A stretch of 64,000 bases of DNA from Amoebophrya sp. A120 (Eukaryota; Protista; Dinoflagellata), in contig CAJINV010000006.1 of the NCBI GenBank assembly GCA_905178155.1, positions 2,582,658 to 2,646,657 of the forward strand, written 5' to 3'. Numbering within the stretch: the stretch's first letter is position 1; each line of letters opens with the position of its first letter. The notes under the pieces were generated by a model. The model ran no database searches and was not told where the DNA came from. It saw nothing but the letters and a program-made list of their open reading frames with translations. A program made the position numbers and the translations under genes. Of the stretch, positions 1-10,595 are shown one piece after another.

Positions 1-1711
1 GTTAGGGGGAATGCGGATGTGGTGACGCAAAAATACTTATGAATCGAAACTACAAAAGGAGCTGAGATAGGGACTTTGAGGGGAATGGAAGCGCATGGTG
101 GTATGGCTCCTTCTCATTCTCTGGCTGTTTTTTTACTAAAAAAGTGTTAGTCTGGAACAGAGTGTACTATATGGTGGGGAAAACTTGAAGATGAACTTGG
201 TGCTTGTATACAACACTTGAGTAAAAGACCTGATCTAGTACAACGATGAAGGCGGGAATTACAACTTCCACGAAACAAAGCCTGGTGGATGAAACACGAC
301 ATACCATTTAGAGAATCAATCACGATTTGAGCGTGTAGTTGACAGTCAGAACTTACTAGAACCGGGATGAAAAGAACGTCGACCTGCTGGTGCAACTGCT
401 TGAGCTCGGAATGCGACGCACGGAGTTCACAATCAAGAAGAAACAATAGAAGAACGAATCAGTGTAGAATTATGACCAGGAACGATCACGATGCGATTTT
501 TTTGGAACGACACAAACTTGCACGAAGGGGAGTGGTGACGACAGCTGAAATACGAAATACTTTATTGTTCTGTTCTTGAACGAAAATGAAAGAAACGGGT
601 CTGAATTCTTCTGTATCTGTCTGTAGTGTTTGACGACGAAATCGTTTCAAAGTAGCATCCACGAACAGCACTCTTGCTACGCTAGAGAAGTGGTCAACAT
701 CTTCTACTGTGCTACTAGCTAGCACGTTGACCACGACATTACAGTGCTTTTAATATTCGCCCGGTTTTCATTTTCAACAAAATCGAACTTTGCGATGTAT
801 CGGCACAGTACTTCTTCTACACAGAGGATAGATTTTATTTCCTCAAATTCTGTACCACACAAGAAAAATATTCCGTATCACAATATCTGGGGTCCTCGTT
901 GTAAGCAAGCAACCAGCCGCCCCTCGGAAACTGTAGCTAGGGTTCTTATTTGTCAAAGCAACAGACTCTGCATGAGTATAATCTTCAAGGTACTACGTAC
1001 GTACGTGCCGGAATTCTTATCTAGCCTATCTCAAAGCGCAGCCTCGTAAGTAGTAGATCACGGACGAAAGTAACTTCAGCTTGGAGTCTAATTTATGCCC
1101 GGTGGTCTTGCTGCGCTTGATATGCGAAGGATTCAGCATCAAAAAATCTCGCTTGTCTCCAAAGGAAAGCATACACGACTGGTCCGGCGGTTTTTCCTCC
1201 CTTTTTGTTGCTCTGTAATCAGTGCAGCTCCTGCGATCAAAACTGTTGTATATCCTTCTTCTAAATAACGGGCTTTATCCGTATACTCCCCGCTGTCTTG
1301 ACCAGACCGCCCCTTCTTTCGTTAAAAGCCTACCAAAATTTGCTGTGTGACCGGCTACTATCATTCGCACAAGCCTTGTGTTTTCCCAAACAAAAGTGAA
1401 GATCCTAGGCAGGGGGTCAGTGCTCTCCTAGGTCTAGCGCACCAGAATTAGGTGGCATGCATCAATATTCTGACAAAAATCCGAATAGAAATTGCGAGTT
1501 TAATTGGTACAAGAAAAGTTGTGTTGTGGTTTGTGCCTATTTATTTTCCCTTCTCGTAGGGGTAGGGCACAAAAAATGACATACGTGAAAACGCAAGTTG
1601 TTGTGTGGTTGAGGTTGACATGACAAGCACAAGGATATAATTGTTGTTTTTAATGCAGGAAAAAAAAAAGTGAGTTTCTAACACACAGGTATCATCCTAG
1701 GTAATTTTCGT

Positions 1712-4700
1712 TCAGTGCTGAAACTCCGGCGGGATAAAGCCACCATCAATCGGCGGTACGCCCATCGGATTCATCATCCCAGTTATCGTACGAAAAAAGT
1801 GTTTCACAACTGCGAGGATAATTTTGCAGCTTTTGCATCACAAGTTTGTTCTACACGACAGAGAAAATTCGCCATGCGAGGTTCCTAAGGTAAAACTACA
1901 CTGCCAAAAATGAAAATCCTCCGTTGTCTTGTTACATGTGTAGCATGACAAAGAACACTTCTGCGATGCATTTTCTGCATCACAAGTTTACAGCGAAACA
2001 GTTTTTTCTTGCGATACCCATGTCTGGGCCGGGTCCGAAGCCGCCCTTCATCATTCCCCCCGGAGGTCCGCCGAATCCACCCTTCATCATGGGATCATAT
2101 CATATGTAAAAACGAACCCAAAGCGTAGGTATTCAGGTAGGGAAATCTGCAAGACAAATCACTGAGCTTTATTGGCTGTTGCGCATGACAAGTTTCAGTT
2201 CGCAGTGTTGTCCCGTTTAGCTAGTGCAGCAGCATCAAAAATGTAGCGTTTCATGCTGATTCGAGCATCACAAATTTCAAAACAGCACTAGAAAATGCGC
2301 TTCATGGGGCTCCGCATGAGAGACATTCTGGGGACGTTTTTACACAGGATAGATCAAACCCGCCCTTCATGCCGCCATCAAAACCACCACTGTTGAATCC
2401 TATCAACTGCAAATATCCCTGGGTGTCTGGAAATTATGACGCAACTTGTGATGCTGCCTTTCCATTCTAACAAAGTCTGTATTGCATGGGCAGCAAGAAA
2501 AGTCTATTGGCTGCTACGTGTAGTAGGGGGTACTTATTTCTCATGCGGTATAGGCATTAGGAAGCCCTCACAAAACCTGTCATGCTACGGCGTGCATCAC
2601 AGACATCGTGAGTTATCCAAAATCTGCATGACAAACCTTCCACTCATCCAGACCCAGACGACATATTTGCAATTCATAAATCCCTTGTCCTTCCCAAATC
2701 CGCCGAAGCCGCCGCCGCCAAACTTCCCCTTGCCAAATATCAAATGCAAATAAGTCTGGGTCTGGAACTTTGCTAGACTTGTCATGCTGGTTTTCCATGA
2801 GCCATATGATCTGCAATGGAGGACCTAGCATGACAGATTCCGTGAGATCACTATCATGCCTATCCTGCATGACAAACTGCCTCCCAACTTGATCTAAAGT
2901 GGACAGCATTTGGTAATCATGCAGCACAGATTTTTGCATGATTCAGATTTAGCATGACAAGTTCGCATCCTTCCAGACCCCGACATATTTGCAATGCATA
3001 CCAAAGCCCCCGCCGCCAAACTTGCCGAAGCCCTTGCCTTTACCCTTGCCGAAGCCGCCTTTCTTACCTTGGTGTCAGTTGACAGTTGTGTAGTGGACAT
3101 AGTTGTTTATGTTTTCCTTTTCGCGTGAAAAATTAAATTTGAAAAAAGACTTTTCGTATTCTTACATGACAGAACTTTATTTGAAGGATCGCTTTGGCGT
3201 CTCAATCTAAGGGACGGGGACCACACCAATTTACTTATTTGCGTGAAAAGCCACCAGCCAGAATCAGAAAAAAAATACTCTACCAAAATTGTCAAATCCT
3301 CCAAACTATGAACTGCAAAAGCATCGTACTAGTGATACAAAAGTAAATTGCATTAGCATTACAAATTTGCTCAGCATTAGAAGTGGAATTTGTAATGCGG
3401 ATGTACCTTAATGAAAAAATTTGTAATGCATGAATCCGATTAGTACGAGTACGATACTTTTGCAGTTCATACGAACTTCCCGCCTTTTCGGAAGCCCTTC
3501 TCTACGCCTGTTCCGCCTGTGACATTTGAGGCCTTTGCATCAAAATGAAATATCCTCCCACCCAATAGTGAAACTGAGAACTTGTCATGCTAATTTCTTT
3601 TTGAAAACTTGTCATGCTGATTAGTAGCCGCAAGTCATGTCGTCTTCACGCTAGAAACGCAAAACATGCGGACTTTAGTGCTGGCTCGCGTGGGAAGGCA
3701 AAGGCCTTGCATTTTCAGCATGACAGGCACAGGAGGCAACTGGAGGTGGGAAACAGCATAACAAATTACCCGCAATAACAAGGCCAGAACTGCGTCTCTT
3801 GCCCCTCTAGCAATACAATTACAAACTGATTTGTATACGAAAATCCAGCATCACAGATTTTCTGTCCGATATGGGATGGGGGATTCATTTTCCTCACAGT
3901 ACTTTGACTTCTGCTTTGCTTCGTCGAAGGACTCGTCGTAATGAACCTAGTTTGGAAAGATTCTTGCAATACAAATTTTTACGTTTTAATATTTCCCTAT
4001 ACGTTTCTTGAATTATGCCTCGTTCGCATGACAAATTCCACAGCTGGAGCAACCTCGACGTTGATGGTGAACTACGTCTCAACGTCAACCCATTTCGATT
4101 TCCTTTTCCTTTTCCGCATGACAAAAAGCACCACTACCACTTGTAAGAAGTGCCCTCAAGTCAAGTCAAGTCAACGCGTGGGCTAGTCTCTGAATAGTAA
4201 TCCTCGCTCAGAGATTTGTCGAAAGTATCGTAGCCGTGCGTGTATTGTTATCACGCTCTTCTTCTAGTGGGGGGCTGTGGCCTAACTATCTGACCATGTA
4301 CGTTCCGTCAGATTCTTTTTGGAACCACACGCCCGCCACCTGCACCTCTTCCTTGCCGGTGTTTTCGCAGAAGAAAACCTCGCCCACCTGGAATACTATT
4401 CCTGGGTCGTCTTCCAATTCCCAAAAACCCGTCCTGTTACTGATCTGTTTCCACTTTTTCCCGTGGAGACTCGCGGCCACCTGTGCCCGCGCCTGCTCTT
4501 CTTCTGCCTTTTGCTGGTCCAGCCTTCTTCGGCGTTCCGCCTGCATTTCCTGCGCCCGTTCGGACTTCTGCCCCGGCTTCGGCCCCTTTTTTCCTGGGGG
4601 TTTTTTGGCTGTTGCGTACGGCCGGCGCCTTGTCAGCATTTCGCGCACCACCGGCCCCGCCGGCTTTTGCAGCTCTAGGTCTTGCAGCGTCAGGCCATAG

Positions 4701-5074
4701 TGCTCTAGATCTGCTGCTGCCAGCTTGCCCCATGGCGTGCCTTCTTCGATTTCCCGGCGGATTCTTGTGATGGAACCCTCCCCCGAGGAATCCCGCGCTG
4801 CGTGACCGATCCAAGAGATTCTTTTTTCCCTTATCTCCGTTTCGATCAGCTGCACCCCGAGGGACTGGCATAACTCCGCCCGTGATGGGGATGCTTCCCA
4901 GTCCCAGATTCCAAAAAAGAAGTGCCCTCTATTCTATATAAGTACCTCATCTCCTTCTTGCAATGGCGCGCCCTGTACATCGTTTGCGTGCACAAACACA
5001 TCGCCTTGTTCTGTCTCGATGAAGCCGAACCCCTTGGCCTGGTTGAAAAATTTTACGACGCCGGAGCAAGCCAT
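1712..5074 (-). CDS. Cold-shock domain protein with Gly-rich (GKG/GGF/PMM) C-terminal tail, multi-exon
   Basis: Exon 5074-4946 [43 protein letters not shown] (RNP1 KGFGFI, RNP2 VFVH); GT-AG intron 4945-3947; then [15 protein letters not shown]|ASNVTGGTG...; ends [24 protein letters not shown] (1714-1712). Six introners plus canonical introns. Confidence 0.92.
1784..2016. mobile_element. Introner family G/H
   Basis: TIR tatcgtacgaaaaaagtgtttc / gaaacagttttttcttgcgata; DR imperfect. Confidence 0.75.
2098..2351. mobile_element. Introner family C
   Basis: TIR tatc..tgtaaaaacg; DR gatca. Confidence 0.8.
2401..2678. mobile_element. Introner family A
   Basis: TIR tat...tgcaaatatgtctgg type; DR aatcc. 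Confidence 0.85.
2738..3000. mobile_element. Introner family A
   Basis: TIR; DR ccaaa. Confidence 0.9.
3307..3471. mobile_element. Introner family B
   Basis: TIR tatgaactgcaaaag.atcgtac; DR caaac/cgaac. Confidence 0.9.
3538..3901. mobile_element. Introner family E (diverged)
   Basis: Degenerate TIR; DR ctttg; removal restores [11 protein letters not shown]. Confidence 0.8.
4158..4916 (-). mobile_element. 5'-truncated RTE-like non-LTR retrotransposon in intron 1 of the CSD gene
   Basis: ORF with FFGIWDW...[18 protein letters not shown] (RTE post-RT motif RLRWxGHxxR); (TTGAC)n 3' tail; 13-bp TSD aagaagtgccctc at 4145-4157 and 4917-4929. Confidence 0.85.
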
Positions 5075-5719
5075 CGTACTATGTGACGACGGTGACAGAG
5101 GGAGAGAGAGAGAACAGGTAGTTGTTGTACCGCACTACACACGAACGGATATTGCTTGAATTTTTTTCGGACAGCAGGGTATATTCACTTACCAGAACAA
5201 CTAAACTTCTAGCTCTATCTACTTACTCCCCTACCCCGCCGTACTTCGGCTATAATATCTCTACACGAAATAAGTACAACCGGAGGAGCTCCAGCAAAGA
5301 GGAGACACAGACGCTTCTACTACGCTATGGATAATTTGTTGGTTCGTTCTTGTTTCCGGAACAGAAATATTATCTCAACAGTCAGAACAAGCACAATGAG
5401 GCATCTCAAAACAGAATGACTCTTCGAACGAACAGAGAAAACGCAGATTTTTGAACTAGCGGATGTTTCTGAAAAAAGAAGATCTAGCGTGAAGATGAAC
5501 ACAGAAAATCAAAACAACGCTTCTAGGCATATATTATCTTCACGATTTTTACACAAGGCATCATCATTGAGTATGCCCCGGCGTATATTAGAAATTTTCA
5601 ATGTCGTTCTTGATGTCGCTTTTACAAGAGCAGGAGCTCCTTGTAGTTTTTTTCAGTTTTAATCTCCGATGTGAATCTTCATGCGGTGCCGCTCTGATTA
5701 GTCCCTAGAAATAATAACT

Positions 5720-8700
5720 TCACGCCGCTTTACCAATGACCTGCAGCACTAGGTTCTTCGCAGTGCAGGTCGGCGGAGATAATCGTTTCAACGCTATCTC
5801 ATACGTTTTTTTCGTATTCCTGCTAGAACGAATTCTATGATCAACATCATTCAAAGCGTCTTCAGAACCACGACCGGCCCCTCCTTCTTCTTCTATCGCA
5901 CCAATTACTGGCTTATCAATTGCAAAAATGTCTGGGTCTGGAAGATTCTGAGACTTGTCATGCACGTTTTGCCTGGGCCATGATGTCTGTGATGCATGCC
6001 CTAGCTTCACAGACTTTTTGAGGGCTTCGTGATGTTGCCTATTCCGCATGACAAATGCCCTCTCCGCGTAGCCAAAATTGCATTCCCTTTGCTGCTTATG
6101 CAATACAGATTTTTTTGGAATTCAAATGCAGCATCACAAGTTCGGATCCTTCCAGACCCAGACATTTTTGCATTTGATATGGCTGTTGACGGACCAAGAA
6201 GTTCCGCTCCATCACATACAGTGCCCGGTCGTACTCCAGAAGCATCTTGGCTTCCTCGCATTCCAGATTATCCGCTGACTTCGTCAATAACTCAAAGTAG
6301 TCGACGAGATTTGTCGTAGAAGTGGTGGTCTTTTGCTTGTTCATTTGTCGACGGAACATGGCCAGGCGGTGCCTCATATGCCTTGCAAATATCCCTGGAT
6401 GTCTGGAAACTTGTAATGCTGGGCGGCGTATCATGAGGAGGCCACACGTGCTGGCTCAGCGTGACAAGTTTCGGAGCTTCCAGGTGTTGCCTATTCTGCA
6501 TGACAAACTGCGGTTCTGCATGACAGAAAAAAGGGGCTCTTGGGTGACGTGCATGACAGATTTAAGAGTCATGCTTATGCCAGACAAGCATGACAAACAT
6601 GCATTCTCCCAGACCCAGACATATTTGCGCTTGATATCTCAGCGTTTTTGATCGGGGGAACTGGAAATCTTCAAACTGATTTGCTGTCCTGTAATGATCA
6701 AAACGGCGATTTATTATTTCCACCGGCTTGAAGCAATCCAACTGTAATATCTTCCCGTGGCAGCAGGGCACCAAAACGCAGTCCGCGTTCTTCAGCAAGC
6801 AAATCTCCAGCACCAAATCAGAGAAATTTCCGCAGCAGTGCAGCCCCAGGCCGAGGGAGAAGGAGGCGTTTCTTCCTAAAATGTGGGAATCGTCGTTCGT
6901 CACCGTGAAGGCCAAATCCGAAACTACTGCCTTCACGTTTTTCAGACCCGCCAACTCTATCGTAAGGAAAAATCCCTCATCCCCATATCAAAAAGAAAAT
7001 TTGGGATGCTGATTTGTAGCCACAAATCAACTTTGTCTTGCGTACAAGGCAAACGGCACCCGCCATTTGGCACATTTTACAGCGACTCTGTCATGCCTTT
7101 TCGCCTATGTCCGACCTGTTTCTCATGCTCAGCTGCTAGCCGGATGCGTAGTTGTACCCAACTGGGCTTAGCATATGCCAGAACGCTCTTGCTGCAATAC
7201 AATGTTTGTTTGTGTACACAAATCCAGCAATACAAATTGTCTTTTGAATATAATGGGGTGGAGGCGTTTTTCATTCTGATAAACTCCGCCCGCTTTTTTG
7301 CCATATGACTTGCTCAAACGTTACAATCTCAAACGTTACAATAGAATCTGAGATTTGTCTTGCATGATGAGCATGACAGGTTCGCAGAGCGTTTCACTTT
7401 CTGCAATACAAATTTCGCCAGATTGTAGTGGGGTTTGATGCTCCGGAACCTGTCATGCGCAATCCTATGAGAATTGACTAGATCATGCATTCTTGCATCA
7501 CAGATTTCCAAATTCTATTGTAACGTTTGAGATTGTAACACCTGAGCGGGTTATATGCCAGGTCCACGGATTCTTTGTTCTTGTCGAGGAGGTATCAAAT
7601 GTAAAAATGTCTGGGTCTGGAAGAATGCAACTTGTGATGCTGAATTTGGATTCCAAAAAAATCTGTATTGCATGAGCAGCAAAGGGGGTGCGATTTTTGC
7701 TACGCGGAGAGGGCATTTGTCATGCGGAAAAGGCATCGCGAAGCCCCCAAAAAATCTGTGATGCTAAGGCATGCATCACAGACATCATGGGTCAGGGAAA
7801 ATATGCATGACAAGTCTCAGAATCTTCCAGACCCAGACATTTTTACATTTGATAGGAGGAGAAAGGTCGTGTTGGGCAGGAGAAAAGCGAGGGGCAGGGT
7901 GAGGTTACCGGACCCGCAACCGAAATCCACGATATCGTAGTGCGTTATTTTCGTGTCATTTGTGTTGCTGCTGTGCATGGCAGAATTTTCGTGGTCCCCG
8001 TCTGTTTCTACCTCTGTAGTTGTCTTTTCCTCTATCCTCATTTCCCGGATCATTTGGTAGATGTTCTGAATTTGCTGCTTCTTCCGAAAGTCCCGCGCGG
8101 CGGTCATAACCGGTGTAGTGAGTCGCGCGCTCGACGTTCTTGTCGAAGTGGCGATAGAAGTCGAAGCGGCTCGTCCTGCAGGAATTATACTAACTGCGCT
8201 CCTGTCGCCTCCAGAGTTGTTATTGCTACAACTTTTGTCACCAGCGACCTGTTCTACTACTTCCGGTGTGCCACTGCTGTCGCTGCGCAGCCCTTGTTGT
8301 TTCCCGTGCTTCTGCAGTCTTTCTGCCATCTGCTCTTCCGTGATATCGCCATCGGCAACTTGCTTCTTCAATTTCTTTATCAAATGTAAAAATGTCTGGG
8401 TCTGGAAGAGTGTAGCTTTGTCATGCAGATTTTCCATGACCCATGAGGTCTGGAATGCGGGACTTAGCATGACAGACTCTGCGAAGTCTCCGCCATGCCT
8501 GTCCTGCATGAGAAACTCCCTTCCAACTTGGTCAAAAGTGGACAGCTTTTGGCACTCATGCAAAACAGATTTTTGCATGCTTCAGATTTACCATGACAAG
8601 TTGCAATCTTCCAGACCCAGACATTTTTGCAATCCATATTCTTCAAAAATTTTTCCAACCGCTTCGCCTCCGCTTTCAGCAGGTGTGAGTATCCTGTGCA

Positions 8701-9602
8701 AAAGTATCGTATTCGTAGTAATTGCTGCTATGCATGACAAATCTCTCTCTTAAGGGAAAACAGCATTACAAGTTTCATTTGTAATGCTGAGCGAATTTGT
8801 AATGCAATTTATCCTAGTACGACGCTTTTGCATTCGATAGAGAGGAAGAAGGAGGAATTTCGTGTTTTCCTTCGCGCTGCCCGTTTTTAGTATAATTGGC
8901 ACTCTGTTCATCTTTTGAAGCTTGTCCGGTTAGTATTTTCTGTGCTATTGTTGCTCCATGACCACCACTACCCCCTCCTCCTCCTTCCCCTGAGACCGCC
9001 CAGATCTGTTCCAAACTACCACTTCCGGTCAAGCAGCTCGGGATCGTGTCCCAGGGAATCGCGAATTCGCTCGACAGCTCGATCTCCGGGAACTCCAGGA
9101 AAAGGTCCAGTTTTGCCGTGTTAAACGTCGAATAGGGTTCTTCTTTCGTCTCCTCGGATGTGATTGATTCCCCGTCAAGAACGTCCAAATCTTCGATATC
9201 TGTACTGAAGGACCGCGCGGAAGAGGGGGATGGAGAGTTGCTTCTAGCAGGGTCGTTCCTCGTCTCGAGAGCATCTTCATCGCCTTGTCGGGGGAATATT
9301 CTGCGGTCTCGTCCCCCCACCGTAGCAACAGGAATTCCTCGTTGTGCCCGATCGGACAGGCCTGATTCGGGTGGGCAAGGGGGACAAATGAAGTCGTTAT
9401 TTTTGCCGGCGCTCTCCAATAAATCATCGGAACTTGTTCCTGTAGTTGCACCAGTCCTACCGGGGTAATTGTCCAAATTGATGCTGATTTCTGCCAACCT
9501 GGGCAGTCCGCTCAACGCTTGATCTAAGATCTTTTGAATCCGGCTCTGCTTCTCGGCGGCGCGCCGCTGCCGCTGCCGCCGTTTGTGGTCGTTGTCGCGC
9601 AT
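5720..9602 (-). CDS. GSTCD-like / Methyltransf_32-type SAM-dependent methyltransferase, multi-exon
   Basis: Spliced pieces YDIVDFGCGSGNLTLPLAFLLP, GLHCCGNFSDLVLEICL...VLVPCCHGKI, AKMLLEYDRALYVME, LSPPTCTAKNLVL; ATG 9602, TGA 5722-5720; seven introners. Confidence 0.8.
5914..6179. mobile_element. Introner family A
   Basis: TIR; DR tggct. Confidence 0.9.
6377..6636. mobile_element. Introner family A
   Basis: TIR; DR cctca/tctca. Confidence 0.88.
6958..7281. mobile_element. Introner family E
   Basis: TIR tatc...aggaaaaatccc..ccccatat; DR aactc. Confidence 0.85.
7322..7537. mobile_element. Introner family F
   Basis: TIR tacaatctcaaacgttacaatagaat; DR not clean. Confidence 0.8.
7593..7854. mobile_element. 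Introner family A (reverse orientation relative to 5914-6179)
   Basis: TIR; DR ggagg. Confidence 0.9.
8378..8638. mobile_element. Introner family A
   Basis: TIR; DR ttctt. Confidence 0.9.
8690..8839. mobile_element. Introner family B
   Basis: TIR; DR gtgag/gagag. Confidence 0.88.
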
Positions 9603-10313
9603 TTGAAAAATGATGTCTCGCAGCTTTTACAAATCTGATCACTATACAGGTGTGCGAAAAAATGGGAAATTCTACATCTACTACAAATGGGAAATTCTAC
9701 TACTTAGTTGCTGGAACAAGTAAGTACATCATGTTCGACGGCTATTTATTTTTGACACCTACAACTACTCGCTCTTGAGCTGGAATGAAGAACTAGAATC
9801 AGGCTACTAAAACCCTTTGTCGCCTGCAGGGAAATGAGAAAAGCAAATACAGCTAGTCGCAAAGACACAAAAGTTGTCGTCTCCCTTCAACCTCACAAAG
9901 CGCCGCGTGAGTTTTCGGCCGAAGATCCTCCTTTGAGCCAATTTTGCTGCCGCGAAGGAACTTTCGGATCGACACGACGATCCGCAAATTTATTGGACCC
10001 AATACAAATCAATTCGTTTAAAACCGCTGATCTCGAGAGCGCCACCTACTTGCAACACGTAGGACAACGATCATCTTCCACGAACTACAACCCTGTGCTC
10101 GTCCTTCTTTGCCTGGTGATATCATCAGGCTAGGAAACCATAAAAAAAGTCTTGCTTTTCACCATGATGAAGCACAAATGTTATTCTTCGAAGTCAAATC
10201 AATTGACTCAGGTCGTACAGCAATCCGGCAGCCTTGCTTTTGTGCTGCTGTCCCCGTAATTATATCATTGTCCACCTCTCCTCGAACAGTTCCCGCGCAG
10301 TTGTTGTGCCATC

Positions 10314-10369
10314 GTCTACTAAATCAGACCGTGCGAAAAATTCAACTAGCAGCACGGTCGTCACTAGAC
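10314..10369 (-). promoter_or_regulatory. Candidate SECIS element in 3' UTR of the DsbA-like gene
   Basis: Minus strand GUCUA-GUGAC-GACCGUGC-loop-GCACGGUC-UGAU-UUAG-UAGAC: helix I, UGAN/NGAN quartet, perfect 8-bp helix II; ~230 nt after the stop codon. Confidence 0.72.
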
Positions 10370-10595
10370 TATTTTTCAAACTGACAAACCACAGAGAGGA
10401 AGTTTTTATGCTAGGACTTCAGTTTTACTAAAATGATGCTGAAATAGTGCTGAAAACCGTATTTCATCTACTGCAAAGAGCCACAACCGACCTCGAAACT
10501 TTACACAAAGGCGCGGGGTTTTGTGAGTAAGAAAGCCTGAAAAAAGACTGCATCAGCGCGTACTCACCATACTGCGGGGACGTCGCTCGGAAATT

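Noticed and set aside
1-1100. Short ORFs at window start (and similar ones at 33900-34620)
   Set aside because: No recognisable motifs, stops in all frames, no intron signature; probably UTR or intergenic.
9660-9705. Short tandem duplications (also ~24099-24140, ~37238-37300)
   Set aside because: Two-copy slippage duplications without further structure.
9932-9952. Relic dinoflagellate spliced leader (minus strand ...ttggctcaa) upstream of the methyltransferase gene
   Set aside because: Only ~9 nt match the leader 3' end; compatible with chance.
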